Source of the DNA: Eledone cirrhosa
Lineage: Eukaryota
Assembly (NCBI GenBank): GCA_964016885.1
Contig: OZ024744.1
Coordinates: forward strand, 50,220,001 to 50,284,000
Direction: 5' to 3'
Length of the DNA stretch: 64,000 bases
In this document: positions 25,501 through 36,393 of the stretch, piece after piece
How the letters are laid out: the number at the start of each line of letters is the position of its first letter
Position numbering within the stretch: the stretch's first letter is position 1
Translations under genes and position numbers: made by a program
Notes under the pieces: generated by a model
What the model was told of the DNA's origin: nothing
The model's database searches: none
What the model saw: the letters and a program-made list of their open reading frames with translations, nothing else

Positions 25501-26512
25501 GTGTATACTGGGATTACGTGAATGTACACACTCATGTGAACGCAAAGAAATACTAATACCCCAGGTTGCATTTGAAAAATGTTCGAGTGTATGCTTAGGA
25601 GTATGTTTGCATATGCTCTCTTGTATGAGTGCACATGTGTATATAGACATACACGCGCATCCAGAGGTATAAAAGTGTGGGTGGGTATATATATGTCTGT
25701 ACTAAGGGATTCGCCTAAGCTCCAAAGCCCCCAAGCTATTGCTGTGAAGATATATATCACACTCTACTTTTGTCTAGTCTAAACAATAACTTTTCCAAAC
25801 ACCCACTTTACTTTTCTTTAAAATTAACACCCACCTAGTTTTATGTCTGCCTTATACTTGGATTTGGGGGCCTCTGTTGTATATATATATATATATATAT
25901 GCACTTGTGCGTACATATATATATATATACACACCTGTATGGATATGTGTGTGTAGATGTGTGTGTGTGTGTATGTCTGAGGGGGTAGGTGTGAGTGTAT
26001 GTACAAGTCAACCAACATAAGTCCTTTTATATGTAAATTTTCTAGTATTCTACTCTAACCATAATTTTCAGTAGTACCACCCCACATAAATTCCTCAATT
26101 TAAGATTGACCTGTGGTATCGAATTTCATACTATAAACCTCAATTGAATATATATCTGACCAGGAATGGTTTTTGTGAAAATCAGTCATATGGAACTATT
26201 GTCATCTTGCCTGACGGTTTGAACTTTACAACACCACCTGCCTATTTGAGGTCAAATACCAACCCTACTAGCATCTACAAACTGACCAATGAGAATTAAG
26301 ATTATTCCTACTAACAACATTAAATTATTCCTAACAAGCTCATATGTCCCAAGGCTCTGATACCATCAACACTATAAACACAGAGCTGGCATATCTAAGA
26401 ACTGACTAACTGACTGATGAGGTCATAGCCATTCAATGGCTATCATCGAAATATATATAGCAGTAAATAAAGGATTATGAGTTCATGCAATTGACTTATG
26501 TTTCGTTACTAT
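22545..26512 (+). mobile_element. Penelope-like element (Nematis-like; RT plus C-terminal GIY-YIG), decayed
   Basis: Frameshifted frames 22835-25233: ADKTNN, KDHKPNF, QLDINNYYSSI, ITMGS, KFLDTTLNL, TWYNPP, CRDPLLCPL..VVY..YIG..R..H, CNLCLSE. 5' palindrome 22545-22685; 3' HHR and AATAAA. Confidence 0.88.
26409..26464 (+). ncRNA. Type I hammerhead at the PLE 3' end
   Basis: ACTGA-CTGATGA-GGTCATAGCCAT TCA ATGGCTATCATC-GAAA-TATATA-TA-GCAGT (first stem I pair mismatched), followed by AATAAA. Confidence 0.78.
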
Positions 26513-26533
26513 ATATATATATATATATATATA

Positions 26534-26907
26534 TAGAAAGGATGAATATAAAATGAAAGTGCTTTTTTTAAAAAAAGGAATTTATTAGGTATTGACATAT
26601 GTTTCTGTAACAGACTGAATACCTATGTATCGCTGCTTGCGTAATCATATAATGTTAGCAAGTATTCGATAGCAAATGTATAATCAGTTGTCACTTCTTC
26701 AGAGATTTTGGATAAATTGGATAATTTATCCAAAATTTCAGAAGAAGTGACAACTGATTATACATTTGCTATCGAATACTTGCTAACATTATATGATTAC
26801 GCAAGCAGCGATACATAGGTATTCAGTCTGTTACAGAAACATATGTCAATACCTAATAAATTCCTTTTTTAAAAAAAAGCACTTTCATTTTATATTCATC
26901 CTTTCTA
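26534..26907. repeat. ~374-bp near-perfect palindrome containing an HHR-like motif with a very long stem II
   Basis: Arms mirror around ~26720. C(T/A)GAAGA-AGTGACAACTGA..TCAGTCTGTTACA-GAAA-CATATG-TC. Confidence 0.8.
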
Positions 26908-27009
26908 CATTTTCTCCGGAATATAATTTATACTCGTTGAGCAAACCTGCACGTACGGTGTTCATCTCTAACGTAACGATATATTATCACTACATTATTG
27001 ATAACCTGA

Positions 27010-27100
<91 letters not shown>

Positions 27101-27377
27101 TATAAATTTTGAGTATATGTTGGTTGTATACCAACACCACATTATGCAGATTGGAGCACTCGACGAAGTTCGCAGGTTGGTTTGGTTACTCCGGAGTAAT
27201 GTAAAATAAACTAAAATAAATAAGTCAAATATTTAAAATTTAGGCCTCGTTTATTACTGCTATATATATTTCGGTGACAGCCATATCATTCCAGTTACTC
27301 AGTGAATAACAACCCAACCAGGAACTGGGCATATCAGAGTATTGACAAAGTTAAACACCCCAACAGCCTCGTTTATT

Positions 27378-27432
27378 ACTGCTATATATTTTTCGGTGAC
27401 AGCCATCTTTTTCTGTGACCTCTTCAGACAGT
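27378..27432 (-). ncRNA. Type I hammerhead, relative of 26409-26464
   Basis: ACTGT-CTGAAGA-GGTCACAG..CTGTCACC-GAAA-AATATA-TA-GCAGT then AATAAA. Lies between inverted repeats 27304-27365/27466-27527; partial direct copy at 27244-27284. Confidence 0.75.
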
Positions 27433-27679
27433 CCGAATTAGTGTGGTAGAGACGAGTACACATGTTGTTGGGGTGTTTAACTTTGTCAATACTCTGATAT
27501 GTCCAGTTCCTGGTTGGGTTGTTATTCCTACATATATATATATATATATATATATGTATGAGGTGAGTTTTATTGTAGCACCATAAAGCAATGCAAATAT
27601 CGGATAAGTAGCACTCTACAGTTTGTAGGACTGGAGTATAAATAATATAAGATCAAAAGATGGTTAAAAGAGTTCCAAG

Positions 27680-27750
27680 TATTTTATTATGCGCATTTCA
27701 AAAACAAATAACATCATGGGATGATATCTGCGTTCTCATCAGATAAAATA
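27680..27750 (-). ncRNA. Type I hammerhead (left arm)
   Basis: Inverse of 27869-27936 with GAAA-TGCGCA-TA. Confidence 0.85.
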
Positions 27751-27868
27751 GGGAGACATGATATGAAGCTTAAAAAACACTTGTGAATAGTGAAGTTTTA
27801 AATCAACATATGTTGATTTAAAACTTCACTATTCACAAGTGTTTTTTAAGCTTCATATCATGTCTCCC

Positions 27869-27936
27869 TATTTTATCTGATGAGAACGCAGATATCATCC
27901 CATGATATTTGTTTTTGAAATGCGCGTAATAAAATA
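27869..27936 (+). ncRNA. Type I hammerhead (right arm)
   Basis: TATTTTAT-CTGATGA-GAACGCAGATATCAT CCC ATGATATTTGTTTTT-GAAA-TGCGCG-TA-ATAAAATA. Confidence 0.88.
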
Positions 27937-28102
27937 CTTGGAACTCCTTTAACCATCTTTTGATCTTATATTATATATATATACATATATATATATATGT
28001 ATGTATTTAACTATGTATGTATAATTATAGGGTGTACATATGTGTTTTGTAATGGAGAAGTCTTGTATGATATATATATTTCATTGTCATATATATACAC
28101 AT

Positions 28103-28196
<94 letters not shown>

Positions 28197-28404
28197 AGTA
28201 TGTACACGTACATACATATATGTATACAGACGTACAGTAGTATGTATATATATATATACATACATGCACTCATATATATATATGTACGTATGGATTCACC
28301 GAACATTTATTATAATGCTCGGTGTGTTTGTAAACAAACATCCCGTATTAAGCCGTAGTGTCCAGCAACCATCGTTGCTCGTTTGTTCAACACTGACAAA
28401 GGAA

Positions 28405-28445
28405 CGCTGTACTAGTTTCAAGTTTATTAGCTATCGTCAGCAACG
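28405..28445 (-). ncRNA. Type I hammerhead (inverted arm)
   Basis: CGTTG-CTGACGA-TAGCT AATA AACTT-GAAA-CTAG-TA-CAGCG. Confidence 0.78.
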
Positions 28446-28652
28446 AATACTTTCCTGCCAGATTGTTGAACGTATATACTTACCTAGTAACAGCCGTACT
28501 AAGAGTGCGAAATGAAATTTCGTTTCATTTTTTTCCGTTTATCGTTTTCTGTGCACCCGGCCGATTAACCCACTCGATATGCAAATTGGGCTACTCAGCC
28601 GTTAATATGCATTAGGTAAGTATATACGTTCAACAATCTGGCAGGAAGGTAT

Positions 28653-28695
28653 ACGTTGCTGACGATAGCTAATAAGCTTGAAACTAGTACAGCGT
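28653..28695 (+). ncRNA. Type I hammerhead ribozyme
   Basis: ACGTTG-CTGACGA-TAGCT AATA AGCTT-GAAA-CTAG-TA-CAGCGT. Confidence 0.87.
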
Positions 28696-28960
28696 TCCTT
28701 TGTCAGTGTTGAACAAACGAGCAACGATGGTTGCTAGACACTACGGCTTAATACGGGATGTTTGTTTACAAACACACCGAGCATTATAATAAATGTTCGG
28801 TGAATCCATACGTACATATATATATGTGTGTGCATGTATGTATATATATATATACATACTACTGTACGTCTGTATACATATATGTATGTACGTGTACATA
28901 CTTATATTTAAGTAACAGCCGTACTAAGAGTGGGAAATGAAATTTCGTTTCATTTTTTCC

Positions 28961-29044
<84 letters not shown>

Positions 29045-29048
<4 letters not shown>

Positions 29049-29660
29049 CTAACAGGAAACAAAGATTTGTGTGTAGTAGATGTTCAGGGTAAATTGATAA
29101 TAAGAGTGTCAGTGAGGCAAACCTTTTTCAATGCCAGGTTGGAACCATAGAATTTGTTGATAACTTCTGCTTCCTAGGTGATTTAATTAGGAGTGGAAGC
29201 AGGTGTTCTGACAGTTTTTTCCCTAAATACAAAAGGATGGTTGTATGCAACGTACGGTGCTGCATGGTAGTGAAACATGGACAGTAACTGCAGTGTACAT
29301 GTGTAGACTGGAGAGAAATAAAGCAACTATGCTTCGATGGATGTGTAACGTAAGTGTGAGAGAAAGGCAGAGCTTGGATGAACTGAGGGAGAAAGTGGGT
29401 TTAAGAGGAAGATGAAGAAGTGTGGTACGAACATGGATGATGATCGGTGGGTGAAAAAGTGCCAGGAAATGCCAGTGGAAGGAACCTGCAGTAGAGGTAG
29501 ACCAAGAAGGACCTCGGCAGAGGTATTGAAAGATGACCTTAAATCACTGAAACCTACTGAGGAGATATAAAGAATCACAAGTGGAGAGATGCTGTGCTGA
29601 AAGAGACCCTTCCAACTCATGCAAGTATGAAAAGGCAGACATAAAAGGATGTTAATGATA
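29045..29660 (+). mobile_element. Old RTE 3' fragment
   Basis: Degenerate FCFLGD, LHGSETW, GRPRRT motifs and RTE tail. Confidence 0.75.
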
Positions 29661-29733
29661 TATATGTGTGTGTTGGATGTTGTGTGTATGAGCATATATA
29701 TATATATAATGTATAAAAATCAATACAATATAA

Positions 29734-29809
29734 TTACCTCATTACCAGAGGTTTCCCGAATGAGGCGAATACGAAAGAAACGTCTTCATTCGTTCGTCAG
29801 ACGAGGCAA
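29734..29809 (-). ncRNA. Type I hammerhead at the PLE 3' end
   Basis: TTGCCTCGT-CTGACGA-ACGAATGA..TCATTCGG-GAAA-CC TCT GG-TA-ATGAGGTAA; 9-bp stem I. Confidence 0.87.
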
Positions 29810-30854
29810 TATAAAACATGGGTAAATACTTGGAAAGTCTCATCAAGAAAAGCAAAAAAAATATAGACAAATGAATTAGAATATGAAATATATAAAAATC
29901 TTTCAAGAAATATAGTTAGGTGTGTGTATATGTATGTATATACGCTCACAGATGTGCATATATGTGAATGAACATATGTATACGTATAGTGAAAAAGTGT
30001 GCGTAAATATATAATTTAGGGCAAATGTATCTGTGTATCTGTAATCTACAGACAGAATAGATACATCATAAGAATATGAAGGCGCGCGCATAAACACACT
30101 TACACACACGTACACTTATATGCGGAAGTAAAAGAGGTAAGGGAGTGTAATAATTAAAGGAAAGTATCAATCTCGATATATTTATAAAAATGGAACAATA
30201 ATTTAGAAAGAAAAAATTAAAGAAAAGAAGACAAACAAGGTACACGCATACACACACACGTATATCTCACAAAAGAAACGCAAAAATAGACATGCTTATA
30301 TACACACGCACACTTACACATCCATACGTTCGATACGTACACACACACACAACACACACATACTTACACTCACGCATATTGACCTGTTTGCATGCACACG
30401 CATAAAAAAAGAGGATGTAAAAAAAGGGGGAGAAGAAAAAAGAAACAGAACATAAAACCTAGATGTAAAAACACGGATATAAAGACACATACACATACAC
30501 ATACACATACATATATATATATATATACACACACGCGCGCGCACATACGTAGGCGCTCATGTACATATATAGAAAGTATACACACATTAAGGCGTTCAGA
30601 CACATAGATACAGGGTGTAAAAAACTTGTGGATAAGTAAGTGCAAATATAAAATTACAAATATAAAATTGTAAGATTGGCTGCGCAAAAATAAAGAATAA
30701 AAATAAAAATAAAAAATATCTGGGGTGGAAAATGCAAGTGACTAGTCTAATCAGTTAGTGAAGCAAATAGGGAAGTAAAAAATGGAAAGTGAAGATATTA
30801 AGTGAATCGGAGAATAAAGGGTGGGGGGTTATTGGTGGATGTGAAGTAAAAATA

Positions 30855-31377
30855 AAAAATATATAAAAATAAAAATAAAAATAAAAATAAAAATAAAAAT
30901 AAAAATAAAAATAAAAATAAAAATAAAAATAAAAATAAAAATAAAAATAAAAATAAAAATAAAAATAAAAAAATTAAAAATAAAAATAAAAATAAAAATA
31001 AAAATAAAAATAAAAATAAAAATAAAAATAAAAATAAAAATAAAAATAAAAATAAAAATAAAAATAAAAATAAAAATAAAAATAAAAATAAAAATAAAAA
31101 TAAAAATAAAAATAAAAATAAAAATAAAAATAAAAATAAAAATAAAAATAAAAATAAAAATAAAAATAAAAATAAAAAAAATAAAAATAAAAATAAAAAT
31201 AAAAATAAAAATAAAAATAAAAATAAAAATAAAAATAAAAATAAAAATAAAAATAAAAATAAAAATAAAAATAAAAATAAAAATAAAAATAAAAATAAAA
31301 ATAAAAATAAAAATAAAAATAAAAATAAAAATAAAAATAAAAATAAAAATAAAAATAAAAATAAAAATAAAAATAAA
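30855..31377. repeat. (TAAAA)n pentanucleotide array, ~100 units
   Basis: Direct inspection. Confidence 0.97.
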
Positions 31378-31446
31378 TGAAATTAATAATAAGGATAAAA
31401 ATGAAAGTAAATCAGAAAGGGTAATTATAAAGAGAATAATAAGAGT

Positions 31447-33584
31447 TTATGGAGGATAAGTATCTGAAAGTGTGTTAAGTTTATATGAGCTGGAAAGCAG
31501 GTGTGATTTCATGTGTGGGCAACTGGTGAAAATTTCAGTCTTTGTGTTCAGGCAGGTCTTTGGTGATTTAAAATTTTGCAAGATCCAATATTTTTCATTT
31601 ATGCAGAGCGTGCATTTTCTTGTTCCTCTTGCATATTCTTTAGATTGGTTCAAAATTGACCAATCCAATTTATATTGGATGCCTTGGTCTTTCAAATCCC
31701 AAATTCTGCTAGCCAGAGCTGTTGTAAATCTTTTTTCTGGATGTCGAAAGGATGCGACATGTGAGTAATAACGCGTTTTGAATTTGTCTTGCGTCATACC
31801 CACATATCGTTCACTGGTGGCTGGATGGTTGTTGCTGATGGTTGTCACTTTAGCCGCATATACAATGGCTTTGGTGTCGCATTTACCTTGTAATGGGCAT
31901 TCACTTTTGATTCTACAGGAGCAATTTTGATTTTCTCTAGGTGATATTTTTTTGATGATATAGGACTTAATAGGAGGACCGTAGGAATAGCTAATTTTGA
32001 CACAGTTTCTGTTAAAGATCTTATAGTATCTATGTGTTCTAGGGAAATGTTTATCTAGGAGCTCTAGGAATTTTTTGCCTACATTAGTTTTAACTGCTAG
32101 AGAGTAGGGGGGTGTGAACCAGATTATTTTTCTTTTCCTGTTTTTATGTTTAATAGAGTTAGTATAGTTGGGTATGTATTTAATCGGTTCGCTAAAACCG
32201 CTATTTTGGAGGGCTTTATTATAGTAGGGGGATGCCTTATTAAAAAAGCTTCTGAGGAAGAGAGGGTGGAGATCCTACGGCTAATATTAGCGATAAGGTT
32301 TTTAAAAACTATAGGAGGATGGCAAGAGCCTTTATTTATATATTTTAAGTTTTCATTAGGTTTATGGTATGGTTTATAAGAAGCAGTAGGCAAATCTAGG
32401 TTTATATCTAGGAAATCTACATTGGAAAGGTTAGTGTCAATAGTAATTTTAAGATTAAAACTAGCGAAGGGTTTTATTAAGTCTTTCCTTAATCTATCTA
32501 AGTTATGGCCTATGGTGGTATGGGAAAGTATTAGACCATCGTCGCGATAAAGCCCAAAAATATGGTTAGGAAATTTTTCTTTAAGTGTATGTAGGAGGAA
32601 TAGGCCGACCAAATCACAAACATCAGCACTGTCATAAGAGTCCATTGAGACATCGAATGGGCTCTCTGGGTTAGATATTTTTACCCAAGTGTCATTATCA
32701 GTAAAGAGTAGAGTGTTTCTAGCGTGCAAGATGACATTCTCTTCAATATCGGAGATATTAGTAAACCCTTTAGCGAAATTTAAAGCTTTCGCTAAAAGGG
32801 TCTGAGTGATAGATGAGTAGAAATCTACAATGTCAAATTGGGTGAATCTAGAACTATTTTTGTTTTTAATATTATTAAACCAATGTACTACGGAAGAGCT
32901 ATTTATCCATTGGAGTAATTTAGACTTACTTCTAATGTGTGTATTTATATTATATAAAAAAATTTTGCTGGCAAGACCAATATCAGTCTTAGCAGGGTTG
33001 ATTAATCTACAACTAGGGCGATTAATAAAGTCGGGTTTGTGATCTTTAAGGGTGATGTACGCATTACGTTTAGCAAGTTTTTCTGTCCTATTATCTATTT
33101 TTAAAGAAACAGCTAATTCTTTAGCTTCCTTATTTATATTATGACACGTGTTTATATTAGCTATTTGGTATTTAGAGGTGATATTATCTATTAATAGTTG
33201 GTCGTGTAAATTATTGTTAACTTCATATAGGTTTTTAGTTTTATCGGAGAAGATGAACTTACTATTAGAAGATTTGAATGTTGAAATATCATTAGATAGT
33301 TTAGATTGAAAAGGGTTAGAGTACTTACGAAAATTGAGATTGTTGATTAGGTTAACTAGGTCTAATTCAAAAGCGGTCATATCTTTTACTCTTTGCGGGT
33401 ATTTATGAGTTTTGATGTCAAAATATTCCGTAGAATCCGTGTTAAAGTGTCCATCGAGAATCAAATCTTTCCATCTCATTCTTTTAACAACCTTCTCTAC
33501 TTTGTCTATCAGTATTTTCGTGTAGAGAGTGTTAGAAGGTGTTGGGATATTCTTTACAGAGTAATCCAAAGGGTATCTATCCAT
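31447..33584 (-). pseudogene. PLE RT plus GIY-YIG endonuclease ORF, single frameshift
   Basis: YSVKNIP, KDHKPDF, RLINP, FDIVDFY, GLYRDDGL, DFLDI. After an extra base in the A6 run at 32242-32247 the frame continues FNKASPYY..IIWFTPPYS..CSCR..CPLQGKC..IVY..YVG..CTLCINEK to the stop at 31447. Confidence 0.88.
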
Positions 33585-33809
33585 GTTCAGTATTGGTTTA
33601 AAATCCTATGACTGAAGAGTGCTCGACTTTAAAAGGGCTGGAAGGTGCCAATCTCATAAAGATGTAGAATATGCTGCGATCATTCCCTTGGGAGCTGTAT
33701 AAGTATTGAAATTTCTGTTGAAAACAGAAAAGGTCATAGAAGTGAAGAGTGCTCTATGTAAGTACCAGAGCAAAATTTAATGTATATATATATATATATA
33801 TATATAGAA

Positions 33810-33898
<89 letters not shown>

Positions 33899-33973
33899 GA
33901 GATGGTTATATATATAATATATATATATACAATGATATTAAATAAATGGAAACTATATTTATAAAACCATATT

Positions 33974-34035
33974 TATTCTATTATATATATTTCAAGGGTA
34001 CCAAAAACATTGGTACGCTCTCATCAGATAAAATA
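33974..34035 (-). ncRNA. Type I hammerhead (left arm of fold-back 33926-34240)
   Basis: TATTTTAT-CTGATGA-GAGCGTACCAA..TTGGTACCCTT-GAAA-TATATA-TA-ATAGAATA. Confidence 0.85.
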
Positions 34036-34132
34036 CAAAGTTTGTTTTACAAATAATTGACATATCCAGGAAAAACTTGAACCGTTAAGATCTTCTTTCT
34101 GGATATGTCAATTATTTGTAAAACAAACTTTG

Positions 34133-34193
34133 TATTTTATCTGATGAGAGTGTACCAAAGTTTTGATACCCTTGAAATATATATAATAGAATA
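34133..34193 (+). ncRNA. Type I hammerhead (right arm)
   Basis: TATTTTAT-CTGATGA-GAGTGTACCAA..TTGATACCCTT-GAAA-TATATA-TA-ATAGAATA. Confidence 0.82.
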
Positions 34194-34342
34194 AATATGG
34201 TTTTATAAATATAGTTTCATTTATTTAATATCATTGTATATTATACTCCAGAAAACTTGTCGAGTGCTTCGAATCAGTTATAAACATTTATATTTGTTGA
34301 ATTACCAACAAATTAAATATCCCTTTTGCTTATATATATATA

Positions 34343-34790
34343 CTAGCAGAGGTACCCGGCGTTGCTCGGATATTAAATAGCAATTGTGTATACTATTTAT
34401 GTCAATACTTCAGTGCTGCTTCGAAAACTATACTTTTACAAAATCATCGGCTTTTTCCAAAAGAGGGTTCCTGCCCCCCAGGGTTCCCCTACCCAATATG
34501 TGCCAATTCTGAGAGTTCGCATTCATCTGTAGGACAAACGTAGCCCATGTGTCAAGTTTTGTGAAAATCGGTTGTGAACTCCAGAAGTTATGACGTTTTG
34601 TTGCATTGCACTGCAGTGCTTCAGTCGACTCCAAGGAAGTGGTTAAAGTGGTTAAAGGGATTATCTACCGGGGGGCCTATAATCAATATCTGGAAAAATG
34701 ACAGTGCCCATGACCATCCGGAGTACATAAGTAACCCATGTCTTAAGTTTGGTGAAAATACTGTAGAAATGCATTAGGTTTATACATACG
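34343..34790 (-). mobile_element. Non-autonomous Helitron-like element (3' end at left)
   Basis: Minus strand ends CCGAGCAACGCCGGGTACCTCTG-CTAG-T (hairpin plus CTAG); internal aagttt(t/g)gtgaaaat repeats. Right boundary uncertain. Confidence 0.6.
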
Positions 34791-34964
34791 CGCGTGCGTT
34801 CGTGTGTGTGCGTGTGTGTGTGCGTGTGTGTCTGCGTGTGTGTGCGTGGGGGGGGGGGGGCGTATGTATTTGTGTGTCCGTATGTATGTGTATGTCCGTC
34901 GGAGCATAGGTATGTACTGGCCTAAATCTTCACTATTTACTTTTACTATTTTAATAACCTCTGT

Positions 34965-35260
34965 TATTTTCGTTTTCAATTTTATTTACATCATTCTTAA
35001 ACTCCGGGACTGGAAATCATTCTGTTATTTTAAATAGAATATTAGTCTAACGACTCCATTTATACCATAAACTTGGTCTTGTCTTTGCATGAAATTGTTC
35101 TTCACGATCCACATAACGACGTATTATCCTCGCTTTTTTCCCGTCCATTGCCAGGGAACGTCTTCACGAACCAAAATATCGTCTTCCTATTTTCGTTCGG
35201 TTGCAACGTTTCTCGAAATAATTACTTCTGCGTTCACAGATTACTCTCAGTTCAATTTGA
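34965..35260 (+). repeat. Dispersed repeat shared with 45215-45500 (probable PLE 3' region)
   Basis: Shared aatagaatattagtctaacg..gggaacgtcttcacgaacc. Confidence 0.6.
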
Positions 35261-35560
35261 ATGGGAAATTCCTGTTTCATCGATTTTCTTCGTAACCATG
35301 GAAGATTGTAGCTTGAAAGTCGACCCAACGCCTCCTCGGGTCATTCTGCATAACTGTGTAAATTTTTGCTGCATTCCACCAAGCCGTTTCGACGTTTATC
35401 CGACTACATCTACATATACAACGTCCAACCACTTCCAATTTATATAGTAGATTTGTTTATATATGAATGACAAAAAGAAAAGTACAAAACTATACATGAA
35501 TTGTTTCTACTAAACCTTCAATTTAAGACACAACCTACATATTTGATAGGACTCCAGCTC

Positions 35561-35591
<31 letters not shown>

Positions 35592-36060
35592 CTTCTTCTT
35601 CTTCTTCTTTTGCTCCCCTTGGAACATTGGGCTGCGAACCACCCCCCACACAACGCCATGTTCTGAGTCTGCTTTTCAACTCCACCGTGATGCACGGCGC
35701 GTCATGGTGTATCTAACCATTTTTTTAGGTCTTACTACGGCTGATTTCTTCCAGAGAGAAAGAAAGAGATGGAAAAATGCAGAGAAGATTCATCCCCGGG
35801 GGAATAATAAAAAACGTTTACACTGCACATTTCATTTTTTCAAAGCTCAAACTGCCGATCCAAAATCAGTAATTCAACTCCCTGAAAACTTTCAAATATA
35901 TGCTGTTCTAGCATCAATATTATGCTAAGGATAAGCTGTCCACAAAGTAAGATTTACTTGCATATCCCCGCTCATATAAACACATAAATACATGCATACA
36001 TACATTACAGTTGATTTTTTTTTTTTTTATTAAAGCATTTTCATATTATATATATATATA

Positions 36061-36112
36061 TAGTGACGAAACATAAGTCAATTGCATGAACTCATAATCC
36101 TTTATTTACTGC
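36061..36112 (-). mobile_element. Isolated 3' tip of the 22545-26512 PLE family
   Basis: Reverse complement of 26460-26511. Confidence 0.8.
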
Positions 36113-36358
36113 TTTATTTGTATAAAATTGTAAATAAGACAAAAGTATTAGAACAGGGGGAAATAACTCACCGAACGCGATAGTTTTGGGGCCCCAGGGA
36201 CCACATTTTTCAAGTTAGAGATTTGAAACTTCGTCTATTTGCTTCCTTGGCACTTTTTACATAGGTGTGTACATTTTCATGTCAGTCCGACCACGTCTAC
36301 TACCATTTAACCGTGCCCATCTGAATTTCAACCACCACCCATTTCACATATATATTAG

Positions 36359-36393
<35 letters not shown>

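Larger units (their letters stand above)
27642..27974. repeat. ~330-bp loopless palindrome with an HHR in each arm
   Basis: Centre aatcaacata|tgttgatt at 27810/27811. Confidence 0.9.
28192..28965 (+). mobile_element. Candidate retrozyme: 425-bp terminally redundant monomer plus 295-bp inverted 5' copy
   Basis: Direct repeat 28486-28541/28911-28965; inverted repeat 28192-28486/28613-28907; octamer 28579-28586; HHRs at 28653-28695 (+) and 28405-28445 (-). Confidence 0.7.
29710..33780 (-). mobile_element. Penelope-like element (Nematis-like), near-complete ORF with long microsatellite-filled 3' region
   Basis: Coding 33584 to 31447 with one frameshift; 3' HHR at 29734-29809. Linking the HHR to this ORF is an inference from strand and position. 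Confidence 0.82.

Noticed and set aside
33612-33640. CTGAAGA near the PLE start codon
   Set aside because: Antisense to the element and no closing GAAA or stems found.
36135-36360. Possible Helentron/DINE-like element
   Set aside because: Only the tattagat end is suggestive; sub-terminal repeats could not be confirmed.
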